A stretch of 64,000 bases of DNA, taken from Tortispora ganteri. Its lineage: Eukaryota. Positions 53,932 to 64,000 of the stretch are shown here, piece by piece. A model generated the notes under the pieces. The model was not told the DNA's origin and ran no database searches. It saw only the letters and a list, made by a program, of their open reading frames with translations. The position numbers and the translations under genes are program-made. Numbering within the stretch: the first letter of the stretch is position 1; the number at the start of each line of letters is the position of its first letter. Location: the NCBI GenBank assembly GCA_003707115.1, contig PPNB01000008.1, positions 248,001-312,000 of the forward strand, in the 5' to 3' direction.

Positions 53932-56019
53932 TCATTTTCTGACTTTATAGCCCTTGTCGAATTCTAAGAAGTCATCTTCGACCAACATGTCAAGGTACTT
54001 GATCAATTCTTGTTTAGACGATCTATAAGTGTTTTCATCGCTAGAAAGTGAAGTCAAAAACGCATGGATCCTGTCAGCTGGCAATCGGCCTAAGTTCGTA
54101 AGCATGGCAGATATGAACGGTTTAAATGACCCCAGATTGTCTCGCAGCTCCTGCGCCTCATCTTTAGCCTCAACTTCAACATCTTCCTCCATAATCGCAT
54201 CTGAATCATCTCTCGTAGTTTCTACCACCGTGTAAATAGTTCCATTTTGAGTCAATATACCTTCCTTTACCCAAAAGCCAGCTGCACCTTCTGCGACTCT
54301 CTTCGTGCATCCTAGCTCTCTACTGAGCATATCCAATGTCATTCCCTCTGATGTGTTTTCGAACAAAAGAATAAAACTTGCCTGAAGTGGAGTCACATTG
54401 AATGCACACGTTCGATCCTGCAACTCAAGGGTTAAAGCCACAGACCCAACTCCGTACCACTTAAGTTTGCGCAATGGCTTGTATTCTGAGTACCGGTCTC
54501 CGTATTGTTCTTGCAGCGCTTCAATGAACGGTGGTAATTTAAATGGTTCCTCTTTCAATGAAGGCCAAAAGTATCTGGATATGATATGTGAATGAAATAT
54601 AGACAAGTCGTCTGATGACTGATGAATATGTGCGTCCGTCACAGCGCTCTCTTGCACGTCCCATATCATAATATTACATGACTGCATTGCAGTCTCTGAA
54701 AACCTATTCCGTAATGCCTTCAATTGTGACTCAAGTGTATTGACGTCATAGTCGCTGACTTTTAACAGGTCGCTTGCCAGACAGTTAGAAATCTCTCGAA
54801 TGAAAACATCGTTAGACTCAAATATATTGAGCAAAGACCCGACAATGTCCATTTGAGAACTACTAAAATCCGGCGCAGCATCTACTGGGTCAGGAACCCA
54901 TGCAGGATCATTATAGTCGTCTCCAGTATCTCTATATGCTGGCTTTTTCTTGATGAATTCTGAGATGTAACTGATCGGCGAGTCTTCTCGATTGAGCATA
55001 CCTGCAACGATCAGTGAGACAGTGTCTGATCGCTCACGAAGGTAGTTTCTTATAGGTCGTGCCACTCTGTCCAGTAGTACTCCACGCGGTTCTATCCGTC
55101 TAAAAGCCTCCATTGTGGCAATATACCGACATATTATTTCCAAGGTTGGAATTCCAGCGCGGAGAAGAAAAATGCTCGATTGTGAAAGGAATGTGTTAAC
55201 CAAATCAAGTCTCAGTTTTGGTGTTCTTAAAATCGCACTCAAATCATTAAGTGCCGATTCACTTTGAGGCATTTTGCAGACTATATCGTAAATTTCTTCT
55301 ATGCGTAAAGTTGCTAGAGCGTCGCAGGCAAGGTCATTCACGGCTTTCAGCTCTGATTCTTTCAGATCAGTAATGTAAGAAAGAGACGAGATTACAACAT
55401 TTAATATCCAAAACATCAGATCGTCGTACGCAGAAGAATCCCAATTCCTTCGATAAGAGTTTGTGACATGTGAAGTGACGGTATGCTCGACAGCGGACGT
55501 CAAGCAAGAGTCGGAAAACGTGTGGAGCCCACATTCGCGGAACACTGAATACACAGTGCGCGCTCTTGCGACATTTCGTGCCTTTATTGCATCTATATAC
55601 AAATCAGTAGTCATTTTCTCAATTTCTAAGGGAAGTGAGATTTCTATCAGGGCACTGCAGGCATCAAGCAGTTTCTGATTGTAAGCGGGCGGACCGTTCA
55701 ATGTGACCCAACGTTGTACATAATGGATTTTCACCACATTCACAGTATTAGCCAATTTGCATACGTCATTGTCACATGATTTTTGAGTTAACAGTGGTGA
55801 AGCATTTTTTAGGAAATGTGAATGAACGGCGGAGGAATAGGCGCTGAAAACAGAGCTTGGATCAAGAGAGGCAAATGCAATCTGGATTTCCTTGGAAGGC
55901 GGTGAAGGAGACTGGTCCAAATTCAAATAATCCCATACAATATTCCAAGCTTTACTATCTATTAAATTATGATGTTTATTAGCTTTAAATACTTGCTTCA
56001 GCCGTGTTTGTTTATTCAT
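53932..56019 (-). CDS. APC2: Anaphase-promoting complex cullin subunit
   Basis: IRNYLRERSDTV, WVPDPVDA, IISRYFWP, MLTNLGRLPADRIHAFL. Confidence 0.93.
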   Translation of the reverse strand: MNKQTRLKQVFKANKHHNLIDSKAWNIVWDYLNLDQSPSPPSKEIQIAFASLDPSSVFSAYSSAVHSHFLKNASPLLTQKSCDNDVCKLANTVNVVKIHYVQRWVTLNGPPAYNQKLLDACSALIEISLPLEIEKMTTDLYIDAIKARNVARARTVYSVFRECGLHTFSDSCLTSAVEHTVTSHVTNSYRRNWDSSAYDDLMFWILNVVISSLSYITDLKESELKAVNDLACDALATLRIEEIYDIVCKMPQSESALNDLSAILRTPKLRLDLVNTFLSQSSIFLLRAGIPTLEIICRYIATMEAFRRIEPRGVLLDRVARPIRNYLRERSDTVSLIVAGMLNREDSPISYISEFIKKKPAYRDTGDDYNDPAWVPDPVDAAPDFSSSQMDIVGSLLNIFESNDVFIREISNCLASDLLKVSDYDVNTLESQLKALRNRFSETAMQSCNIMIWDVQESAVTDAHIHQSSDDLSIFHSHIISRYFWPSLKEEPFKLPPFIEALQEQYGDRYSEYKPLRKLKWYGVGSVALTLELQDRTCAFNVTPLQASFILLFENTSEGMTLDMLSRELGCTKRVAEGAAGFWVKEGILTQNGTIYTVVETTRDDSDAIMEEDVEVEAKDEAQELRDNLGSFKPFISAMLTNLGRLPADRIHAFLTSLSSDENTYRSSKQELIKYLDMLVEDDFLEFDKGYKVRK

Positions 56020-56248
56020 TGTAGCATGAGTATTTTGTTGTGTCGATGGTTAAAGTTTCGGGTGTGCAGTACACCAGAACAAGCAATATTGACGACGACT
56101 TTGCTGATCTGTTTAAGATAAGATACTGTGTCGTTTCAGTGATGAAGCAAGTCAGCAAAACATGCATTCGCATGATTTAATTAGACAAGTGTTAGCTATT
56201 TGGTTTTTAATTTTTTGTATATGTGTCGTGAAAAGTATTCAGACACAT

Positions 56249-57295
56249 TTAGTTAGGATCTTCTCTAGGATCACCAATGCCATCTTCGTAAATAGCAAAC
56301 ACAGCCTCACTTTCAGGCAAGCATGGCGAATCAACAATTCGACAAATACGCTGTTCACCTCTTCCCTTACGGAAATATAAACGTGTAGTAGATGCATGTG
56401 CCATGATGTTACCGCCAATAGGTTTCTTCGGGTCCGGGTTGTACATGTTGCTCTGGCCATCGACCTGAGAAACTACCTGGTTAGTGACGACCACAGCGAC
56501 ACCAAACTCATCGGCAAGTCTCTGCAGTACACGCAAAAATTTAGCAAGATGTCTTTGACGGTCGGCTAGTTCGCCACGACCGCTGAAATCTGTGCGGTAA
56601 AGGGCCATTACCGAGTCCACAATCATTAAAGAGAATCGCGATTCAGTCATCATTTTTGCAGCTTGATCTAAAAACGCCATTTGCATATCGGAATTATGTG
56701 CACGAGCATAAGCGACATTGTCCAACACATCATCGGCGTTCAGGCCGTATCTTTCAGCAATTGATTTAAGGCGGCCCGGTCGAAACGTTCCCTCGGTGTC
56801 AATGAACAGACATTTTCCTTCGCCACCGCCCATATCAATAGGCAGCTGGCAGTTTACAGCTAAAGTGTGACATAACTGACTTTTTCCCGTGCGGAACTCG
56901 CCGTAGATCTCCGTCACAGAGCCAGTTTCGATACCGCCCCCCAAAAGGTTATCAAGTTGCTTTGACCCGGTAGAGATGCAGATCAGGTCTTGCCTTCTGC
57001 GATCAAACTCTTTTGCAGTGGTAAATCCCATAGGAACTAGCTCGAGCGCTTCAGCAATCAGTTTATCGGCTTTAGCCTCAGAAATGCCCTTGACACTGAT
57101 GAGCTCTTTCTTTGTGCGAAAAGCGACCGATTCGACAGTGTTAAAACCACACTCTTGCAGGCGTTTAATATCGGCAGCTGTGACTCCATTCTTCTCTAGT
57201 TTACTAATATGAACCGGACCATAGTCCTCTTCCTCCTCTATAGAGATTTGTTGGTTCTCAAAGTGGTTTTCTATAACAGTTTCTGCGGTTTCCAT
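56249..57295 (-). CDS. RAD51: Recombinase Rad51
   Basis: [58 protein letters not shown]. Confidence 0.96.
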   Translation of the reverse strand: METAETVIENHFENQQISIEEEEDYGPVHISKLEKNGVTAADIKRLQECGFNTVESVAFRTKKELISVKGISEAKADKLIAEALELVPMGFTTAKEFDRRRQDLICISTGSKQLDNLLGGGIETGSVTEIYGEFRTGKSQLCHTLAVNCQLPIDMGGGEGKCLFIDTEGTFRPGRLKSIAERYGLNADDVLDNVAYARAHNSDMQMAFLDQAAKMMTESRFSLMIVDSVMALYRTDFSGRGELADRQRHLAKFLRVLQRLADEFGVAVVVTNQVVSQVDGQSNMYNPDPKKPIGGNIMAHASTTRLYFRKGRGEQRICRIVDSPCLPESEAVFAIYEDGIGDPREDPN

Positions 57296-58626
57296 TGTTT
57301 ACGTGATCGCAGTTGGGAGACAGTCAAGTTCGCGCCAGCACGGTAATGGTGACGCATCAGACCGCGATGTCACGTGATCTATTACTATTGCAGCTCATAC
57401 CTTTCGAGTCCGCAGTAAACAGCGATAAACGCCAATATTACCAAAAGTTTTTGGCACATTGAAAACCAATAATGAATTTACTTTCATATACGGCAAAGCG
57501 AACTACTCTAGGTTATACTATCTGGTCGAATATATGAACTTTATTGTCAAACAGGAATCGATTGACCGACCTGCCAACTACTAACGCCACCATAGCCATA
57601 ATTGACTATAAATGGAAATTTGATTGATTATAGATAATGTAATTATTTTATTTGTTTATGTGTATTACATAAACTATTGATGATATTGTGAGACATGTCA
57701 AGTCATGCGGGTGACTTAAACTATAGCCGACCAGCAATACACGATCATCTAAAATCAAAAGACTACAATGTTTGTTGAACAACAAATAATGCTATAATTG
57801 CCTTACTAAATGTAATAAAATTTAGCAATTCAAGCTTATTATGTCATTCATTCAACTGGGCAGAAACTACAAAGGCAATGCAATATTGTGGCTGATATTG
57901 GGCAACCCGAAAGATAGCCAATATATTATAGACAAAGACCGGTAAATACCGAAGGTTGGTTTGTTTATTTTCAAATTTTAATTTACAGGATCATTTAGGG
58001 TATTTGTCAGGTAATGTCTATGCCTGTGTTTTGCGAGACTAGAAGAGGGCTATCTTGTAATTGGCCGATCAATCAATTGATCGAATAGTTGGTCGCTTGT
58101 TTACGTACACTAGCCACTTCATGTGACCAACAATGGTTCAACATACAAGTCAATAGTTACTTTTGTTAAAGTATTTGCTTATAGTATCTCGGCTTAGTTT
58201 ATAATATTGTATAAGCCAGCGTCTTGTTCCGCGTACTGACCAAGGGCTGTGAAGCAATGCAGTAGCATTGGGCGAATTCCAAGCTCGCGTAATGCAGCAC
58301 CCATGTTGTCATAAGTATTATATAAAGTGTTGAATACTTTTTCTCACATATCTTATGACAATTAGATGTGGCATAGAGACATCGCTGAGAGCATTTCGAG
58401 CCGATCATCGAATGACACATCTCTCAGCTCGAATTTGTCCTTAAAACTGCCGAAACTCTTCTCGAAATCTATCAAGAACGAAATAAATGATTGTACGCAC
58501 AATTGGGCTTATAATCATACTCTGGATATTGTTCTGACTGAATCATATAATGACAGATACGCTTACGTTAGTAGATCAATCATGAACCGATCAAAACCAA
58601 CTTAACTTTCACCAACAATATACCAA

Positions 58627-60514
58627 ATGGTAAGTCGAGACTATTTTCTCTTATATACACACACTCCTAACACTCTAGTTTGCAATATTTCCTTTCATAA
58701 TTACTATATTGGCAGTATTTATACTGATTCAACGGTTTATATCTATCAAAACCACCCCCCTATACATCTTCATCCCTATCTTCCTCGCCATATATATCCC
58801 TTCCTCTATCATAATCCTACTCCCTATTGACTTATCCTGTCAGTCATCTCATACCATCTTTTGCATATCAAATAAAATAATACTCGCATTGTGGCGCATG
58901 CTTTACTGGCTCCAATTTGCCCTTACTTGGCTCATCCTCCCTATACTACAAGGATACGTAGAAAGTGGCCAAGACCTACCCTCCAGAAAGCTCGCCGATT
59001 CTCTTAGGTACAATGCAAAGTTCCAGCTCGCAATGCTCACAGCCGGTATAATCGGTATTATATATCTAACTATATCTGCCGGCCTCTCCCTTGCCTCCGT
59101 TAAAGCTCTCGCTATCGCTCTCTCGCACTGCTACACACTCATCGGCGCCATCTGGCTCCTGGGCCATGGCCTAGTTAACATCCCTCGAATGGTCATCGTC
59201 AAATCATTTCACCAACGCTATCTTAACCGTCTCTATAAGGCCGCTCCTCATGCTCACGATGCGTTCATGGACGCAGAGTCTGACCTCACTGATATCTGTT
59301 CAGAGGTACTCGCTCTCGCTCCCGTCAAGGCTGGCGCCTTTGAAGAATGGATAGACTCTCTCCTCTCAATGATTCCTGCTACTGCCTCATCTCGCAATTT
59401 TAGGTCACCTGATCCCGCATCAATATCATCCAAATCTCTCGCTTCCTTATCCACCCGCCTTCAAGCCGTTAACAGGAGGCGGATAAGAACCGAAGCAGAG
59501 TGGAACCAGCTTGTCCATACTGCTATCAAGACTCAGGAACTAGTCAATTCTCGTTCTACGCGGTCTTTGGTCTTCTCTGAATCTAAGAATCTCTTCAACC
59601 CGCGTATGTCTTACATTATCTATACCTTGATAGCTCCGTGGCTATCACGCCTAGCCGGTTCTGCATTGATCTTCTTATCGTCTGTTCTTGTCTCATCAGA
59701 AGTGACTCATGGTACGCGTCTAAATCTAATAGGGTTTACTGTTTCTCGTACTAGTGGACTTGGACAGCAAATGCTTTCGTCTGCAATCCTGCTCTACATG
59801 TGTCTTACCGCATTCTATAGTCTCTCTAAAGTCCGCGTTACTCAACTTTACTCAATTGTCAAAGGTCATACAGACTACAGTTCGGCGATATTCTACTCAA
59901 TGTACTTGTGTCGTCTCACAATTCCACTGAGCTATAATTATCTCACTTTGCAATTGGATCGTTCGTCCATGTTCGAGGAGTTCTTGGGAAAATCTATCAA
60001 TCTCAGCATCATCTCAGAATCAATCAACGATTGGCTACCGCGCTTTATCATGATCCCTGTGATTCTCACAGGATTTAACATTTACGATAAACTTTCAAAG
60101 ATTCTGGCCTATGATATTAATTTTGACGATGATGAAACCGGCGGCACCGAAGACTTTAATGTTGCTGAAGGTCGTGATCTTATCACCCGCGAAATACAGT
60201 TGCGATCCTCTCTGTTATCTACACAATCAGTCTCTACCGAGACTTACAATGTTTCTGACTTCACACCTTCATATGCCGATCATCCGACCTCTTCATTTTT
60301 ACCTCATGAACGCTACATTGATCAGGAACCTGTGCCTGATAACACTGTGACTGAGCAACGAGATCCCGTGCAGCAATTTGGATCAACAATCCGTGAAGGA
60401 GCAGAAAACGCTTTTCAGGGGGTGTCAAAGTTTGGTAAGTCGATCTCAGCGCGGTTCTCTGCACTCCGAAAAAAATCAAGTGCTCAACCCTCTGATTCCG
60501 TCCTACAAATCTAA
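58627..60514 (+). CDS. LMBR1-domain membrane protein (exons 58627-58629 and 58679-60514)
   Basis: LLPIDL, LWRMLYWLQFALTWLILPILQGYVESG, GHGLVNIPR, CRLTIPLSYNY; ATG-only first exon then 49-nt intron, in frame. Confidence 0.9.
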
Positions 60515-60856
60515 GATAAACTGGCAGCTACTTCAATTGCCGGTCTTAGGGTTCAGGGCTTAAGCGCGTCTTCACATAATATGGGAAATATGTGTTGTCG
60601 CCCGGCCCCAGTAACACCATGACCCACACTGTGTGCCCTTTGCAACCTTTACCTGACAACAACCCGTAGAAATTTCAGAAGAAATTAACTACGAACTCAC
60701 GCATTACTTTCATAATCTGGTTCTGCTTTGCTGAGGAATACAGTGAATAAGACTTAATTGCGGGATATTGTTTGAAAGTTAGCTGTTCGTCTTAAAGGTT
60801 GCCTCGTGACAGTTATAACTCCCGCTATACCATAGGAGCTATCGCGTATGGCATAG

Positions 60857-62950
60857 ATGGACCATAGTATTGTTAATAAGCCGCGTGAAGAGCGGTCATA
60901 TACGGAATTTTATCCCGACTTAGATTTGCAGGCGAAGCTACCAGTTTTTTCAAATACTGAAACTGATGATTTCCCGGACCACAAGCCAGATGATCTGGAA
61001 CTTGCACACAAACCTAAACGGACGCGAATCAAATCGTCAAGTACTCTTGATCCTGTACTCACTGCGCGAATAAAACCTCCGCACAAACCTTCGTTCAAGA
61101 AAATTACAAAATCATCTTTTTCATGTAATCGCGAAGATCTGGAATTATTGTCTACCGTTGGATACCACCACGATCACCAGCTTCCCCAGCCCTCGGGGTA
61201 CTTTCGTGAACCCATTAATGATCCACGAATTCAGAACGACGCTTCATTGATCAGTGATAAAGCATTTGTTGTGGAATACGACATGGATGAACAAGATAGT
61301 AAATTTCTTGAATCTATTAACTATCGCTGTGGCAAAGACGGATCTCCTACAATTTCCAACGAGCTCTTTGAAATGATTATGACGAGCATTGAGAAGGAAT
61401 GGTTCAAATTAGAGAAACAGATGATTCCGAAGAAACTGGAGTTCAAAAAACAGTTGCAGGAGGAAGACGATCTAGTCGATGCTAAGTGTGCTGTCTGTGA
61501 CGATGGCGAGAGTGAAAATAATAACGCTATTGTGTTTTGCGATGGCTGTGATATCGCAGTACATCAAGACTGTTACGGAGTACCGTTTATACCCGAGGGA
61601 CAATGGATGTGCAGACGCTGTCTAATTGCTCCGAAATATAATATATCATGTATCCTGTGCCCGAACACTAATGGTGCTTTCAAACGCACAGACAATAACA
61701 ATTGGGCCCATTTGGCGTGCGCTATTTGGGTTCCAGAGACCACTATTGGGAATCTAGTATACATGGAGCCAATTCAAAACATAGAGAATATACCGAAGAG
61801 TCGCTGGAAACTGAATTGTTTTTTGTGCCACCAAAGAACAGGTGCTTGCATACAGTGTTACAACAAAACTTGTTTCACTGCATTTCATCCTTCATGTGCT
61901 AGACGGGCCAAGCTCTACATGAACATGAGAGGAGGAGCGCAAGGTGCGATCCTTGATCCTAATGTGCTGGAAGCATTTTGTGACAAGCACAGCCCTTCTG
62001 ACTGGAAGAAGACGAATAATACAGATTATCATGTTTCTCGAATTCAGGACGAGTTCAAATACTCTGAAGTAGTTCGAAGTAATCACCATCGAAAAGACTC
62101 ATCTAACCCTAAAATCACGCTGCATATCAAATTGGGAAACAATAGGAACCAGCTTGTGAGGGTGTCAGATTTGACACTGGCGGAACGATGGAAAACTCCA
62201 GGAGGGGGTCCTGTTGTGCCGCGCAAGATATTTTTAGCAGTTTTAAACAGTATAAAGAATTTTGAATTTGGCAGGAAGCGTCAAATGCTAGCGGAAATCT
62301 GCCGCTACTGGACATTAAAACGAGAGATGAAAAGAGGAGCGGCTTTAATAAAACGGCTTCAAATGGAACTGGAAATGCTAACAGACCATTCGGACCTGTA
62401 TGAATCAGAATTGAAAGAACGCAAAGAATTTGCAGAGACATTAAAGAAAGACGTTGAGCACCTGCGACACTTAACAGAGCTTATCTGCTCGCGTGAAACA
62501 CATTTGCTTGAAGTTGAGCAGCTTACTGGCCAGTGTATGGATATGGTATATAATTTCAGATCAATATTATGCCTGGAGGTTGTTGAATGGGCAATTAAAA
62601 TGGATCGCAAACATACTCTCTGGCAATTGAAGGATTCAGAAAAGTTTAAAGAAGCATATCCTGACGTTAAAACACTTGACATTATACTTACTGAGTGTAA
62701 GGATGGAATTGTGCAAGATTTTGATCAGCTAGAAGAGACTCTTCGTTTGTTTTATGTGTCAGCCCAAGCACATTTTGGTGATTCAGCAGAGCGGAAAGCA
62801 GCTTCTCGGAACTGGCTATCTTTAGTTCAATATTTGAAATCTGCGCGAAAACGAGAATCGAATATGGTGATTGACAAGGATACTGGAAATTTGTGCATTG
62901 ATAACGTTGGTGTGGATGACAGCTGTGATTATTCGTTTCTTGCCGTTTAA
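60857..62950 (+). CDS. NTO1: NuA3 HAT subunit Nto1 / BRPF-like (EPL1-PHD-zinc knuckle-PHD)
   Basis: VEYDMDEQD, CAVCDDGESENNNAIVFCDGCDIAVHQDCYG, YWTLKRE..RGAALIKRL. Confidence 0.92.
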   Translation: MDHSIVNKPREERSYTEFYPDLDLQAKLPVFSNTETDDFPDHKPDDLELAHKPKRTRIKSSSTLDPVLTARIKPPHKPSFKKITKSSFSCNREDLELLSTVGYHHDHQLPQPSGYFREPINDPRIQNDASLISDKAFVVEYDMDEQDSKFLESINYRCGKDGSPTISNELFEMIMTSIEKEWFKLEKQMIPKKLEFKKQLQEEDDLVDAKCAVCDDGESENNNAIVFCDGCDIAVHQDCYGVPFIPEGQWMCRRCLIAPKYNISCILCPNTNGAFKRTDNNNWAHLACAIWVPETTIGNLVYMEPIQNIENIPKSRWKLNCFLCHQRTGACIQCYNKTCFTAFHPSCARRAKLYMNMRGGAQGAILDPNVLEAFCDKHSPSDWKKTNNTDYHVSRIQDEFKYSEVVRSNHHRKDSSNPKITLHIKLGNNRNQLVRVSDLTLAERWKTPGGGPVVPRKIFLAVLNSIKNFEFGRKRQMLAEICRYWTLKREMKRGAALIKRLQMELEMLTDHSDLYESELKERKEFAETLKKDVEHLRHLTELICSRETHLLEVEQLTGQCMDMVYNFRSILCLEVVEWAIKMDRKHTLWQLKDSEKFKEAYPDVKTLDIILTECKDGIVQDFDQLEETLRLFYVSAQAHFGDSAERKAASRNWLSLVQYLKSARKRESNMVIDKDTGNLCIDNVGVDDSCDYSFLAV

Positions 62951-63161
62951 AGCAACACGCCCAGGACTTAAAAACAAGCTAGTCAGCCGTATAACCAATT
63001 GTTAACAACTAAAAAAAGTGATATTATTTTATTATTTAAACAGAATAATGACATTTTTGGATAACAATTATCTTCAGCAGAGGCTTTCACTTATATAACT
63101 GTATATAGTGACGTGACACCATGTCACTACTCCCACCCCACCACCTTCACCATTTGCCATC

Positions 63162-64000
63162 ATGAAATTGGCGGTCTATGGATTAGTAAGTACTCAATAT
63201 ATTGTATTTCTGTTATAATACATTAAAAATCTGAACCACTCCTGATTAGGTATGAATTAAAGAAAAAATATACTAACTTTCACAGACCAGCACGCTTTTA
63301 GTCGTATCTGCCGTGTTCATAGCGTTCTACCAGCGCCCTAATTTCTATTCAGCGGCTATATATTTATCACAAAATAACATTGCTTTCTTGATTCTATGCA
63401 ATCTAGCAGTTATGATAACTATATTTATTGAAAAGCTTGCTTTGAAAATATTTTTTGGCGATCTAAGGAGCCATGAGACCGAACGACTCTATGAACAGCT
63501 CTGGTTCACAGGTATGGAGACAGGTTTGGCTCTAACTATATTCAGAGACGCCTTTGATTTGCGATTCCTTTCTGTACTTTTGCTTTTGATGTTTGTTAAA
63601 GTATTTCACTGGTTGATAACTGAAAGAATCAAGTATCTAGATCTCATTCCTGACAGGCAAAAGCTTTTGTTTCACATTAGATGCATTTCTACATTGACAA
63701 TTCTGTTTCTGGTCGATGCTGTATTGATAGACTATTGCCTTCAAGACATGTTTAATAAGCGTGCAAACCAGATGATAATATTCGCCTTTGAGTTCGCTCT
63801 ACTGGAGGTGCAGTGCTTCAGGAACATTTACCACTACGGTCTAGATTGTTATGAGGTTTACGTTTATCGTCGAATTTTGCGCGCCCAACTGCAGCGCGAG
63901 AATGACCTTGAGGGTGTTGAGACAATAGATGAAGAAGTTTGGGAACCGAAAATGCTGTACCTGTTCGTGTTCGACCTGTTCGCTGACGCGTTGAGCATCC
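63162..64000 (+). CDS. HRD1: ERAD E3 ligase Hrd1, 5' part (exons 63162-63185 and 63286 to window end)
   Basis: Manual translation MKLAVYGL|TSTLLVVSAVFIAFYQRPNFYSAAIYLSQ...FFGDLRSHETERLYE...KVFHW; intron 63186-63285. Confidence 0.93.

Noticed and set aside
612..57295. Alternative CUG decoding
   Set aside because: CTG falls at conserved Leu positions (Ard1 YVLAK, Rad51 CQLP)
57300..58600. Point centromere (CDEI-like TCACGTG plus AT-rich DNA)
   Set aside because: No very AT-rich CDEII or CDEIII; the motif is better explained as a promoter site
113..62682. Numerous 60-170 aa ORFs nested in or antisense to conserved genes
   Set aside because: No recognisable motifs; expected shadows of real CDSs

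Overview
Very gene-dense fungal chromosome segment, most consistent with an early-diverging Saccharomycotina (budding) yeast. It uses the standard genetic code (CTG=Leu at conserved sites), has a complex I subunit, and has few short introns with GTAAGT donors and (TA)CTAAC/CTGAC branch points. About 42 protein genes are mostly housekeeping (ARD1, LST8, GRX5, TLG1, PHO81, CRM1, NMA1, NAB2, SDH1, RPT1, CCT4, MTM1, ALG6, PRE2, GUP1, SMD1, ARP4, APC2, RAD51, NTO1, HRD1). I reconstructed seven spliced genes and found COX17 (58 aa) and two partial genes that the ORF track missed. The most interesting signals are: (1) two tandem, divergent paralogs of secreted proteins with a shared unrecognised N-domain, alternating Ala-X repeats (AQ)n and (AEAKAQ)n, and Cys clusters, a candidate silk- or amyloid-like extracellular fibre/adhesive system; (2) an intron whose donor overlaps the NAB2 stop codon, with hairpin-masked acceptors; (3) a multi-hairpin candidate ncRNA ending in an Sm-site-like AUUUUUUG between RCR and COX17; (4) operon-like gene spacing of 45-63 bp. 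No tRNA, rRNA, transposon or CRISPR array was recognised. All family calls are by eye, with no database searches.
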